From Chlorokybus atmophyticus (lineage: Eukaryota > Plantae > Mesostigma and Chlorokybus algae), in assembly GCA_009103225.1 (NCBI GenBank), contig RHPI01000273.1:60010-124009 (forward strand): DNA of 64,000 nucleotides. The letters are read 5' to 3'. The notes beneath the pieces were generated by a model, which worked only from the letters and a program-made list of their open reading frames with translations, did not search any database and had not been told where the DNA came from. The translations under genes and the position numbers were made by a program. Shown one piece after another: positions 1-18,706 of the stretch (position 1 is the stretch's first letter; the number at the start of each line of letters is the position of its first letter).

Positions 1-1260
1 ATGGCTCTGCGGCCGCAGGTACGTTATGTGCGAGTGATGCCTTGAACGTCTTCGTCTACGACCTGCTTACCCACCCTACACTGCTGCTCTCTTACAGGAG
101 TTCCAACAGTATGTGGGCACCTGGGTCGCAATTACAGCACCCTTCCAGGGCGCTCCAGGCTACATTGTGGATGCACTGCTGACGGGAGTGCAGTTCACGG
201 ATGGTTGGAAGCGCGAGCTGTTTGTTAGCAAATGGACTGTGCATCAACTGGTATTGCCCCAGCCGAACCAACAGTGTCGTCTTTGCTTGCACACGTCTAA
301 TCACAAAGTTTGGTCATCAGGTTGTGGAGATGCCGTCCATACATGAGATGCGAGCATCGCCGTTCTTCGAATGGAACGAGCTCCCCACACTTAATGTATG
401 GAGACAGCCAGTGGGCGACAACGCTGTGGCTGTGCTCGAGTCTTACCCTCCCACCTCGCTTGATGCAGTCTTGACAGAGGCTCTGAAGGGCAACTCGGTA
501 CGCTCGCCACCAACAGCACGCGCCTCGGTATATTCGTGGACGGCTGGCATTGCATTGAAACGGCATGTGCTTGACACACGTGGGGGTTGACTCGAGCCTT
601 GTGCCAGGTTAAGGTGGATAAGCAGACCGTGCCGCTCCCGTTGAACCCGAAGCTTGTAGATTGGGCCAATGAAACGCAGCGCATACTCAAGGATGTACAG
701 CTGCCGGAGGGCGTTGATTTCTATAACATCTATGGCGTTGGGTATCCTACACCGTTCCATGTGTGGTGGGTACTTGCATGCAGTTCATTGCACACATTCA
801 ACATGTAAGAGCTTGATATATATTGAACCTTGTCCGCAGTTATGGCTCAGAGAAGACACCCCTGAAAGAGGCATCAGACATGCTTACGCAGGCGGTACGT
901 TGCTACTGCACCTCTTTCTGCACGATGATGTTCTCTCCAACAGTTTTGCACACAACATTCACAATCACCTCCACACAGGCCACATATGTGAACCACGACG
1001 GGGACGGCACTGTGCCTGCAGAGTCCGCTCGCGCGGATGGGTTGGAAGCCATACAGCGGTTTCCCGTTGTTGCGGAGCACCGCGGGGTACTTCGTAGTCC
1101 CGAGACGTTTGCCATTCTGCGCCAGGTGCTGCACGTCCCCGAAGACGCGCCCTCGCTTATCCCCGCCCTCCCGCCCGGCGTGTGCGAGGCCATGCGGCTC
1201 GCGAGCGGGATAGCTGCTGTTGCTTACAGCAATGCCACGCATGCCGCCAAAGCTAATTGA
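1..1260 (+). CDS. LCAT3/LCAT4-like phospholipase A / lecithin-cholesterol acyltransferase-like protein, 3' part (5' end outside window)
   Basis: Exons spliced by eye: <1-18, 98-250, 321-497, 608-765, 840-894, 979-1260. They give WVAITAPFQGAPGY...FVSKWTVHQL/VVEMPSIHEM...FYNIYGVGYPTPFHVCYG...DGDGTVPAESARADGL...AEHRGVL, matching plant LCAT4-type motifs (catalytic Asp in DGTVP, His in EHRG). Confidence 0.9.
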
Positions 1261-4200
1261 TATTGGTGTTCATCTTTCTGTACAATCTCGCTCTTCTCTA
1301 CTGGCTGTATATACGACTTAGTGACAGGTTAGGGTTATTTTTCTGCTAGCACGGTTTGCTTCAGAGTTGCTTCAGGTTTGCTTCAATGTCTTTGTACTAT
1401 AATGGGACAAAAGTTGCTGGCATGATCAGCTACGCGTGTTCAGCTTCCAGTCGTGGCACATCAAGTACACCTTGGACAGATACGTAATGAACTTCCAGAG
1501 TTTTGGCAGGGTATTGTTCCTAGTCTAACCTCCTGAAGCTATGTTTGACTAGCTAGCATGAGCAGGGTGCATGCACACTACACTACAGCTCGTGTGGGCA
1601 GATGATTGTGTGCATGCATGTCTAACGGGTTCAGGGTGACAGTAAAGCTAACGGGTTCAGGGTGACAGTAAAGGTAAATAACTAAGTATATATAGCCTGG
1701 TGATGGTGGTGTTGATGACTGAGTTTGTGCTAGTTGTCATTGCGTGTGTCGTGCATGTTTCACGCCTTCTTGCAGAAGGTAAAAGGCATACCTTATGCAA
1801 TATCAAAGTATGCAGTGTACGACTGCATACTTTGTACACTATACCGCCAAGGCCACATGCACGCAAAAGGCTATGTTGCTCACAAGATCAAGAGCCCTTT
1901 TGATGACTTGTTACATGTGCAAATGGTTGATCAGCAGCAAGTGCAACACACCATCCCACCATTGCTTGTGCAGACTTGGCAGGACCCGTTGGTGGGGTGG
2001 TGCTACAACAACAACACACTTGGACGTGGCTTAACAAGTCAGCGATGATAGCCTCGATCTCAGCTGAGCAGCAAAATGCTGTGTGACGTGCATCATGTGC
2101 ATGCATGTCACAACGCAAGCAACCATTTGTGCAAACATCTCTTACACATGTTGTGACATGTCATCACATAGCTAAATCGGACGGGTTGCAGCTGTTGCTG
2201 GAATGTGGGGGAATGTGTTGGCCCAAAGCCATTGCCCTTTTACCAGCTTGTGTGGACAGCATCACCCCAGGGGTGCACGTCTGTACCAAGTCATAAAAAG
2301 AAGCGTACGCCAGCCAGGCATTATGCAATCATAAGCAAAGACATGGTGACGGTACTCTCAGCTCATGCTCAGTCTTTGCACACACATAACCTACTGTCAA
2401 CTGGCATGTGGTTAACAGCTTGCAAATATCAGTCAACAGCGAGATGGCCGGCGTAGACACGAAATCACGGTGTGTAGGAATGTGCGTGTGTGAGAGAGAC
2501 AAAGAGAGACCGAGATCTCGTGATGATCGAAGACGGTTTGCAATACTGTGAGCAATAGGATGTGCGTTATGAGCGTGCGCGCATTCGCATGTTGAAGAGT
2601 CATGTGGTGCGCTAAGACAGCCCGTACTGATCTGGTGGCTAGGCTATTGCTGGCTGCGGTCGTAGGTAGTAACCTCTTGATGCACCCCGAACAAAATGCG
2701 ATTATCATTGCGCATGCTTCATAGGGACAGAGGCCTCAGCATAATTGAATGGTTATGGAACGTTTTATATTACAATGATGTAAAGCGTATGAAGATGGCA
2801 TAGGTAGGGCACCTTCCTTATTGAACACGTGCGAATTTGCGCCACCGTGTCACACATGCGCATGTTAAGCCACGGTAAAAGTGAGGATAGACGGGATGTA
2901 ATGTTGGAAGGAAAACATTTGCAAGCAAAAAAATGTAGAGATGATTGCAGTTTGCATGCATCGTAGTAAAAAGTGCGTAACATACTGTATGCGTCACATA
3001 CACCATGGTCAATGTCACTCTTAATAAAAAATGCCTTGGTCGTCATGGATGATCTAAACTTAGCTGTGATAAGGACATGCTTTAAAACTTGGTTAATTGC
3101 AAATGCCGCATATGTCACAAGCCACGAAGCAGTTTTACTCAACTTTACCGCGGTATTTGCGATAGGCGGTTTCTCAACGCGCCGAGATACCACTGCTCAC
3201 TGAATTGCAATTTAGCAAAGGGACTCATCGTTGAATAGCCATCGGCATTTATGTTGTGTATTAGCTACATTATCACTCAAACCAAGCAATTAAAGCATAT
3301 AAAGGAGGTCTTTTAATTGTATAGAATATTGAGCTTCATTATGAGTACCATATATTAATCATGAGACACCATAAAAATTGCATATCATACATTTTATTCC
3401 AATTAGGTATTAGCTGTGTGGAGCATGGTACAAAATCAATGCAATAATAATCGCTGTTGTATGATCAATACAATGTCTCTAACACGCTACGGATGAATGT
3501 TTACATGTACAAAATGCGATTACCGCGTTCATATTACCCATATTGCACGGACTGAGGTGTTCGAGGGTTGGCCTAACAACTGCGGCAGGCTAGCGATTCG
3601 GTATTTTCGGCAGCCTCGCATGCTACCAATCAGATTGTTACCTATGCCCCTGTCTTTCGGATGGTGTTGAAGATGGACGTATTACTAATAGATCAGTTGA
3701 GGTATAATGAGGTTGTGGCTCATATTGTCATTGTCAATTAACTAGAACCGCACGGTGTGCTCACGGTGAGTACATATATTGGCCTGTTGTGCAGGTGTTA
3801 CGAGTATTGACATTGTCGTATGCTGCAGATGCGTCTCAACACGGCAAAGTTCAGCGCCACATTGCATGAGTGGCGTATAAAACTTGCTGCTATCGAACTT
3901 GTGGTGGTGATTGTGCACCTTATATGTATGTAGCTGATGTATTCCAATGATTGCTAATGTGTATGTATCATTCATGCGTTGTGACAAAACACGCGTGCTA
4001 TGCTGATGCTGTCAATATCAAGTCCTGAACACGTACAAGGATGGTTTAGCGTTTGCATACCACACGACATATTTTACCCGCCTCACGCAGAGCTGTGCGC
4101 CAGCCAAGAAGAACATGATTGCCAAGTCCATGGCAATTATGATATCGTATATGAGCGCATCAACAGATGTCAGTCAGATCTTAAAAATGGTAAGGACATT

Positions 4201-7093
4201 GTCATGTATGTGATGGTGTGCGTGGTATCACACATGATGTGTGTGGCGTTGTGGCATATGCATGAGTGGTGGTGTATGTCATGGAGATGTTTACATGCGT
4301 GTGGTAAGTGACCGTGTGCCACACATGTACATAACTTACCACAGTGTGCGCATGCACGCTTATAATGGTGTACTTGTGTGGATGTCAACGTTGCCAACCA
4401 TGCTTTCAGTCATATGTGTCCGCTGAGTATGCCATGACAGGTGGCGTGGAGTCAATGCTGCACGGCAATGCAACGATGCTCAACATTGGGCGTCCTCCAT
4501 TCCGCTTGCATTGCAGTCCGCAGAGTAAGCCGGAGCTGGCGGGTGACAGCGGTGAATGACGCATACCTTTTGTGGTAAATGCGGTGCAATTAACGCCGAA
4601 CGAGTTCCACGCTTGAACTTGGCGTTAAGTATTAACGGCGGTGCTGATGTCGGATGACGATGTATACCCTCGTGCCACACGTGTGGCACAAGTTACCGGT
4701 ATGCCAAGAGCTGTCATCGCGCCATCTTAATGACGACAGGTGCAGTGCGCAAGATGAGTTGCGCGCACTGAACTTCTGTGGACAATTTATGTTGCGGAGT
4801 TTGGAGGTTGTATGCTTTGTCGCCGACGAACATGAGTACCAACTATGTGTGTTGCATGTGTACATGATATGTATGACGCCATGTGCTGGCATTGTGTATG
4901 TGTAGGCGCGTATGCATGTGTTTGTATGTGTATGGCCAAGTATGCTCAAGTGTGCACGCGCGTATGCACGAACACGCATATGTGCTGCCGCTGCCACAAT
5001 AGTCAACAATTAAATATATAAATCCACACGCGCACATACGTGTGTAAATGCATGCTACCAACCTTAAATGAATTTTGGGCTGACACAGTACAGGATCCGC
5101 GCATCATGCATGATTGGATTCTGAGTCTTGCATCACGTGATGCAAGACTTACAAAGGTTTGTGCACTTGCAACATTGTTTAGAATTAACATCAACCGCAC
5201 ATGCAGCGACAGTTTTAATTCACAACTCTATAAACAGCAATTGCGCATGCAGATTTGTTGAAGTTTATTGGAGAGGATTGAAGGCCTGATGAGACACATG
5301 TGTTTACCTCGGTCAAGGCAAGGCACTCCATCATGGGGGCAGTGACTTTGCAAGTCACCATGCATAAGCGTAACTCATTCAATAGGTGGACAACTCCCTA
5401 TGTTGTAACCACGTACGGCAACACAAACATTTCATAAATGATACTGTGCTGCGTTTGTTGGCATTTACCATGGCTCCTATTTGTACGCACCAAACAAGAT
5501 GACTGCGTATAACCGGCAAGTTCATGACATCCTCATGGGCAACATGAACATATATGTATATACATCGCGCGCATGTGTATGCATATGAGTGATGTCATAA
5601 GCTGATGTGACAAGCCATGGGCATTCACATCATCCGAGGCTGATGTGTGATCGGTATGGTACGAACAAGGTGTTGAAGGCTAATATGTAGCAGCCTCAAG
5701 GCATGACTGATTACATGGTCAATATAGCCGTAGCAATGGTTTGGTAACGTAGTGCTCCGCAATCATTGTAAAGAGGCCTTCAAAACATTTGGTTCATTCT
5801 CGTAAGCATTGCTTAAGCTTGTGCATTTTTGTGTATAGTCACTGGAATGCATAAACTTGCAGTTGGGCGCCAAAAAGTTGGTACAAATTTCATAGATTGC
5901 CCGCGCGTGGTTATTTTTTGCATAAAGATTTCGTGGCACTACGGTAGTCTTGCACTTCGATGTTCCAAGTCGGAGATCACCAAAGAGGGTGTATAAGAAC
6001 AGTGTCAACAAGTGTTTGAGCAACTCGTCATGACACATGCGACATACTTGGTTTTTGAGTGTGAGTTGTCTACTTCGGTTGTCAAGGCGCTCTCCCTCCA
6101 ACCTCTTATGAGATGTGGTGTTCGTGGCAGCTCTGCATGTGTGAAGGGTGCTGAGGGTGTGTGAGCCGAGTGGAGGGGCTGCCGTAGTTTGTTGTTTCAA
6201 GAAAGTGTTCTTGTGCGTGTGCTTAAATATGTGTTGCCTTTTAGCAGGTAAGTGAGTGTCGCACGTTATATTACGGGTGGTCACGACATGGCTACAAGTT
6301 TTGTAGTTCAAAACATGTTCACGCATCAGCACTCGCCAGCCGATTGGGTGGCGAGTTTGATTACAACGGCTCCCCCCTGCTACGTAAGACGACGCACGGG
6401 GGAGAGCACGCTGTGCGCACCTGCTATGCGCTGTCACGTCACTAGGCCCCGCACCGCCAGGCATGGCGCCGCCAATGCCAGTTGCACTGGCCTCATGAGC
6501 GGTGCCCAGAGGTCAAGCAACTAGCAGCCACGCATGGCAAGGCCTTTACTGCAACGGCAGTTGCCGCTGCAGTTGTTATTCTTGTTGGCGCTGGAGGCGC
6601 CATCGTGCTTGCTCAAGTGCGCGCCACAACCCACCCACCCTGCGCTGCCGCCGCCGCCGCCGCTGCCGCCATCTAGCTATTGCCGCAGCGGAGGGCCTGC
6701 GCAGTGCCGTCCATGTGTAAGCCAAAGCTCACTGTGGCCTAGCGCGCACTCTCGGATATTCGATGTGCATTCCAAACTATCATAACAAGCTTATGCTGGT
6801 AGCACAATACTGACGAGGACACTCATCCACGGCTGAGACTCATTGCCAAAACTTAATCTAGTCGAGGTGCGACGAGGTGAGCGACATCATCGTGCTGCAA
6901 GCTCAGATGTACAAGACATTTACTTACGGCAACAAATGCATGCTGCAATGTACTGGTACGGTACCCGATAAGCACGACACCGGAACGCCACGTCGGACGC
7001 GCAAGGACTCAGCCTGCGGCTGGCTACTCGAGCTCACACTCAGCGGCGGCGACGTGGCGGTGCTGGTTGTGGCGTGGTGTCTTGATCATCAGT

Positions 7094-8989
7094 ATGTGCG
7101 ACCTGAGGCGCGAGGGTGATGTGTTCGTGCTGACACTCACCGGCGACGGCGAGCACAGGCTCAACCCCACGCTCATCGCCGCCATCAACGGCGCTCTGGA
7201 GCAGGTCTGACATTTAGTCTCTCAATCCGAGTATGCATCTGAGCGAGGTTCTGGTCAATAGCTATGGCGTGATGTTGTGTGTGGCGTACGTACATGCTTG
7301 CAAACAGTACGTAGTTTGTGTGACACTCTCTTTGTGTACATGCATTGCCTCCTTCCTGTCATACATACTGGTTGTTTGGTCAATGGTTGTTTGGCTGTTG
7401 TATGCATGCATGAGTACAATTGTACTCATGCATGCATTGACCATCAAACACGCAGGTTGAGCGGTCCACTGGCGCAGCTGCATTGGTCACGACAGGCGAG
7501 GTGTGAGATCATTATCCAATGCATATCACAGCTTGAATGCCAGTGGAAGCAATGTTCCAAGAACTGTTTTGATGCAGTTAATAAACACCAATGCTTATAC
7601 GCCAATCAACTGCACAGGGCAAGTTTTTCTCCAATGGCCTCGACTTGGCTTGGTGCCAGAAGCAGAGTCCGAAGCAGATAAATGTGGGTTTCTGTCGATT
7701 GTTGCATGTTGTGTTCTCTACGGGCTTGTCGGTACTGACCAACTATTGTGTTTCTGCTGTTGACATTGGTTGCATGTGCAGGAGTTCATGCACTCGTTCA
7801 TGCTCTTGCTCGCACGCTTTATGGAGCTCGGCATCCCGTCCGTTGCAGCACTCAAGTACGCACACATACACGGATGCTATAATGAGATTGTTGACTCACA
7901 TGCAGGCTCACAGGCTTACACGTGCGCATATGCATGAACACACGCAGACTCACACACGCACACGCACACGCACACGCACACACTGACTCGCATGATCACA
8001 GGCAATGTGGTTGTGTACATGCGCGCGTGCGCACAAGCATACACACCCACACCCACACCCACACCTCCTCAACATGCTCCCATACGTGTGCAGCGGTCAC
8101 GCCCCCGCCGGCGGCATGATGATCGCCCTCGCGCACGACTACCGCCTCCTGAACGTGGATCGCGGGCTGCTGTTCCTCAGCGAGGTCGACATCGGACTGC
8201 CGTTCGCGCCGGGGATGCTCGCCATATGCCGATGCAAACTGCCGAGACGGACGGCCGCCAACATGACCATCTCAGGGTGGGTGTGTGCGCTTGTGTGTTG
8301 CAATCACCCAAAAGTATGCTATGATAGACACCAATCCACATGCACATGTGCATATACACCTGCTTGTGCGCTTTCACGGGCACGCAGACACACGTCCGCG
8401 CAAGCACACATGGGTGTGGGTGTGCACACGCACGCACGTACTCGGGTGTGCGCATGTTTGCTCGTGTGCATGCGCACACACGCACATACACCCACCCGTC
8501 AGCCGCACACGCATACACCCACTGATCAGCAACACACACACATGCGCACGCACGCAGGGCGAAGTACGGTGGTGAGGAAGCGGTGAAGGCTGGCATCGTC
8601 GACGCGGCAATATCGGGCGGGCGTGAGGCCGTAATCGCAGAGGCAATGAGCAGAGGTGTGGTCTTCATGCCAACAGTATGTCACGCCAATACACCGTTAC
8701 TGTGTCATACACTATAACAGGCCAGGAATCTTTTCTGTGTACCCAGCACGCGCCCTTGCTGCCAAGAAGTGGGACCGCGAGGTGTACTCAGCGATCAAGG
8801 TACGTGTTGTTGGTCAGTGAGGCAGCCCAACGGACCCCGTGTTGGGTATGTTGTGTTAAACACGTCGTGTTCTTGCGCCCACTACAGAAGCAGTTTTACA
8901 AGGCGGACATCGCGGAGCTCAAGTCGGGCGACATGGGCTACGGCTTGTCCGTCGGGGTCCTGGCCAAAGCCGCCAAGTCAAAGCTATGA
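7094..8989 (+). CDS. ECI: Peroxisomal delta3,delta2-enoyl-CoA isomerase (crotonase family, plant ECI type)
   Basis: About 8 exons starting 7094-7204 and 7456-7500, last exon ending 8989. They give MCDLRREGDVFVLTLTGDGEHRLNP...GKFFSNGLDL...GHAPAGGMMIALAHDYR...FLSEVDIGLP...; the C-terminus is SKL (PTS1). Confidence 0.92.
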
Positions 8990-9065
8990 TGTTGTGACTT
9001 TGTGTAAATATATCATGTGCCTTTCCCAAAACTCTGCTACATTTAAAATAGCACGCTCACGCACA

Positions 9066-9105
<40 letters not shown>

Positions 9106-9207
9106 CGTGTATGCACTGTCAGTGCTGTACTTGTGTCAACCATGTCACGTGACCCATTCCAAGATGTCTGTACAAACCATCAGCACTGTTCCATTGCCAT
9201 CACCCCC

Positions 9208-11376
9208 TCAAAGTGCAATGGAGGCATGGCTGGCCCCCAGCGTCCCTCTGGACAGTCCCCCGCTCCTGTGCATCTGCCTCTGTCGCTTTGCCTCCATCCC
9301 CGCGATCTCCACCTTGCGGGACCAGTCGGACACGGAGGCGGAGAGCTGGGAGACGCGGTGGGACAAACGGATGTACTCAAGGGCCTGGGAGGGAGGAGGA
9401 GAGGATGAGAATGCAGCAGCAGAAGCAACGCGGGAGGCAAAGGTGGGTGAGTACCCGTGTCTGTGCGCGGGTGTGTAGGACGTGCGTGTGTATGCGCGCG
9501 TGCATGCTTGTGCGTGCGTGCGTGCTTGTGCGTCCGTGCGCACGGGCTTTCATGCTTGTGAAGGTGCGTGGGTGTACTTGCAAGTGAGTATGTCCATTGG
9601 ATTGCGTGTGTGTGCGTGTGCATCCTTGTGAGCATGCGTGTTTATGGTCGTGTGTGCTTGGGGTTGCGTATGCGTATGCACATGCATGTGTGTATGTGTG
9701 GGNNNNNNNNNNNNNNNNNNNNNNNNNNNNNNNNNNNNNNNNNNNNNNNNNNNNNNNNNNNNNNNNNNNNNNNNNNNNNNNNNNNNNNNNNNNNNNNNNN
9801 NNNNNNNNNNNNNNNNNNNNNNNNNNNNNNNNNNNNNNNNNNNNNNNNNNNNNNNNNNNNNNNNNNNNNNNNNNNNTGGGGTGGGGGTGGGTGGGTGGGT
9901 GGGGGCGTGCGTGCGTGCGTGCTGCAATCCACCACACCATTACTCAACACACCTGAGGTAGTTCGCTCTCTTCCGCCTGCGACCTCAGCGCCCTGACCGC
10001 CTTCTCTTCCGTCATCTTCGCCGCCATCACCGGCGCCAACTCAATCTCAAACTTCTCAATCGCCCCCTTCCTCACCTCCGCCTCCTGCGCCAGCATCGCC
10101 CTCGTCCTCGCCAGCATACCCAACTTCTTCCTCAACCTCGCCAACGCCGCCGCCGTCCTCGCCGACGTGAGCTTCAACCTCAACAACTCGTTGTTTCTCT
10201 CTTCGATCTTCTCCAGAAACTGTTGGTTTTCGATAGTCAACTGGTCGAAGTCGATGGCGTGTAACACTTCGCCGACTTCTTCCTTTTGGGCTAGTGCGGC
10301 TTCGAGCTTTGTGCATTTGGATTTGAGGGTGGAGCATTTGACCTTCAGTTTGTCGACGAGGGCTTCTTTGGAGTGGGAGCGATCGTCGAGCCAACGGGAG
10401 AGCTTCTCGGCGAGGACGGGAGGGGGACGGCGGACGCACGTCACGCCGTCGCCCGCGCCCAACATGTCGCGCCTGCACACATCCGTGTCAATGTGGGTGT
10501 GTGCAGTCAGTAGGCATGGGCTGCCCAGTGCGTGCATGCGTGCGGCGCGCATACGCGCATACGCGCATGTGTGTGTACGTGTTTGTGTCTCTGTATGCGC
10601 GTACGCGCATGCAGTATGCAAGGTTGTTGATGTTGTTTTTGTTTGTGTGTACTTGAACTCGTAGTGATCGCGTCGGGTGTCGGCTATGCGGAGCTCCGCG
10701 CCCTCGATCCCCGCACGTAGCTCATCCATCAGCCGTGTCTCCTCCGACCTCGCACGCTCTATGGCATCCTAAACAACAAGAGGGGATTGTGTTATTGGCA
10801 CGTACATTGGCAATGGTTGACAAGACATGTCTCTGATGAAATGGCATACTTCCTTACTTTGAGGGAGTCTATCTGCGTGGATGCAATCTCGTACTTCTCG
10901 TCCACTGTGAGCGCACGCTCAACCCTCTTTGGCTCAGCTTCAACCTGTGTATCACGTTGTGATGAGTCAACGATCTGTCGGCTATGCTACACGTGCGTCA
11001 TCATGCATTCGACCTGTCCAGACCACATTGCTCGGAGTTTGCAACACACGTGTAGCCCACACGCGGCGGCGCGCCCACATACATACACACAGGGACTCAC
11101 TTTGCCATTGCTGGGGTTATTGTTGTTGGCGCCTTGTGCGCCTTTGCCATTAGCTTGCTGCCCCGCAGGCGTTCTCTTCCCCCCTCCTCCTCCTCCTACG
11201 CTAGTACCGCTTCGCCCAGAGTGCTCCTCCGCCGCCGCCTCTTCAGTTGGGTGCACCGAGGCGGTCGAGGTGGCGCTCCTGGCCTGGAGGTTGGACTCGA
11301 GGAGACGGATCTCGGCACGCAGGAGGTCGTTGCCCTTACGCAGAGAGTCGTAGGCCTGACGCTCAGACGCCGCCAT
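9208..11376 (-). CDS. CCDC113: Ciliary coiled-coil protein CCDC113/CFAP263 (DUF4201)
   Basis: Exons give LTVDEKYEIA..., LHAIDFDQLTIENQQFLEKIEERNNELLRLKL... and LPQ/ALEYI...VSDWSRKVEIA, which match the CCDC113 rather than the CCDC96 pattern. ATG at 11376, stop at 9208. Confidence 0.85.
9703..9876. other. Assembly gap (N run) in a CCDC113 intron
   Basis: N run. Confidence 1.
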
Positions 11377-11644
11377 ACCACTCTCTCCTCGCCGTCTCGC
11401 CGCCCAGGCCAGGCCAGGCCAGACCAGGCCGTTTTGGCCTGGCCTGACGCTGTCACCTGTCACGTGCCTATCAAGTTCGATCTCGTTCGACCTCACGTGA
11501 CTGTTAGGGTTCTGTGGATCTGGTTTGGCATCAAGAGTGAAAATAGTCCGGGCTGATCAGGCCGAGGCTGCCGGGCCGGGCCAGGCCAGACCACGGCGGC
11601 GGCGGCGGCGGCGCAGGAGGAGGAGGAGGGGCTTAAAGGAGGTG
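11377..11644. promoter_or_regulatory. Putative bidirectional promoter between CCDC113 and PKD2
   Basis: 268 bp separate the divergent start codons. The interval contains CACGTG (11461), TCACGTGA (11493-11500), a telo-box-like TTAGGGTT (11504-11511) and CCAGG/CCTGG runs. Confidence 0.55.
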
Positions 11645-17308
<5,664 letters not shown>

Positions 17309-17572
17309 TATCGGTCACTTACAGCACAGAAGTCGTGTTCATTGATTGTGTATGTTGTCGAGTTGTACACATAGTATACTCGTTGCACTCTCCCTACCTT
17401 TCATTACCTATTCTTGAATCTGCAGACGTTTGCATGGCAGAATGGCTTTCCCACACGCAGTTGCGGTGTGGCGAGAAGTATAAAAGCCGTCTGTCAGCAA
17501 TGGCTGCAAGATGATGTTCTTACTATCTACAAAGCTATGCGTACACGCCTGCGCCAAAGCTCTCATGTGTGT

Positions 17573-18320
17573 TTACTGTTTATGATCTCCTTGTTTGGAC
17601 AAGGGGAGTCCGCTGCGCGACCAGTTGCTCAACCCGTCTTGAAGGTCCTTCAAACCAGTGTAGCCCTGAAGCGACATGATGATGATGTGTTTATGGAAGT
17701 ATGCATGAAGTGATCAGTCAGGATGCAATGCACTCACCAAGTCCTTGAGTACGCCTGCTGCATGCGCCGATCTCCGCCCCGCCTGGCAGTTCTGCACAAA
17801 AGCAAGCATGCAATGTGTGTGTGTGCACAAGAACCGGGAGGGGATGTTTGTGAAATATGCGTGTCACATGCTTTCATCATGCACTGTAAGCTACAATGTA
17901 GTGGTGGACTTGTTGTTAACTCAACACATGAAGTACACTGCAGTTGAAACAATGTGTGGTAGTGTGCATGTGCTTCCCGAATGTGTACCACAACAATGCC
18001 GGCGTTCTTGTCCGGGAAGGCTTTCTCCACTTGTCCAGCAAAGTTCGGGTTATCCACTAGGCTGTCGTGGCCTCCGCCAGGGGCGGCGTCCGGGTTCTTC
18101 ACCTTGACCGGGACGTTGACTGCGCCCGGGACGTGGCCGGCGGCGAACTCCTCCGGGGTGCGGACGTCCAGCGAGGCGTGCTTGACGTCCCCTCCGCCGG
18201 CCTCATCTCCCTTTCCCTCCAGCTGCAGCAGGGCGGAGGCGGCGGAGGGGCTAACCACCTCGACGGGGAGGGCCTGGCCCGCCGCCCAGCTGATGATGGG
18301 CAGGACAGGCTCAGAGTCTG
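17573..18320 (-). CDS. Single-domain rhodanese / sulfurtransferase (start not resolved)
   Basis: Exons give SLDVRTPEEFAAGHVPGAVNVP...IVV/NCQAGRRSAHAAGVLKDL/GYTGLKDLQDGLSNWSRSGLP, with the active-site Cys loop CQAGRR. Stop at 17573; N-terminal exon uncertain. Confidence 0.88.
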
Positions 18321-18520
18321 TGAGCTAAACTGACACACTGGGCATGTCGGGCAAGTGTGAGATTGAGATTGGCATTGGCGTCACCTGTGGGTGGTAGTCA
18401 TGGCGCAATGGCAAGCAGGCGTAGTAGGAGGGTGACGAGGACGAGGACCAGGACGAGGACAACGACGACGTGCGCGTTGCCTTCTTTGGTGCACAGCTCG
18501 TACGTACGCACCGTCCCGCG

Positions 18521-18560
18521 TTATTGGCATGTCACACAATGGCGTGTGACATGCCAATAA
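18521..18560. promoter_or_regulatory. Perfect 17-bp inverted repeat in the divergent rhodanese/LarA-like intergenic region
   Basis: TTATTGGCATGTCACAC-AATGGC-GTGTGACATGCCAATAA; carries mirrored CCAAT and TGTCAC motifs. Confidence 0.5.
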
Positions 18561-18706
18561 CCTCATACTATGGATACCTCTTCCGGACTTGTTACCAAAT
18601 ACGTAGCCATGCACCCATCCTGCATGCCTACATGTGCACCCATGCTGCACGCAATCAGCCTTACATCCATGCTTGCATTGCCGCGCAGCAAGCATCGCTG
18701 GCGGCA

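Noticed and set aside
1622-1673. 26-bp exact tandem duplication (CTAACGGGTTCAGGGTGACAGTAAAG x2)
   Set aside because: It is real but an isolated two-copy slippage with no further structure.
5430-5500. HFINDTVL, faintly like a Ulp1 protease motif of DNA transposons
   Set aside because: It is too short, surrounded by stops, and has no His/Asp/Cys catalytic motifs nearby.
6482-6676. Hydrophobic ORF upstream of ECI as a possible N-terminal extension
   Set aside because: There is no in-frame ATG, and ECI aligns to homologues from ATG 7094; it is more likely 5' UTR.
7922-8646. H/T/R/A- or C/V-rich ORFs (HTHAH..., CVCAC...) here and throughout introns
   Set aside because: They come from degenerate (CA)n/(GCAC)n intronic repeats typical of this genome.
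11525-11644. TTG-initiated N-terminal extension of PKD2 with poly-Arg
   Set aside because: It reflects (GGC)n/(AGG)n 5' UTR repeats; ATG 11645 is the simpler start.
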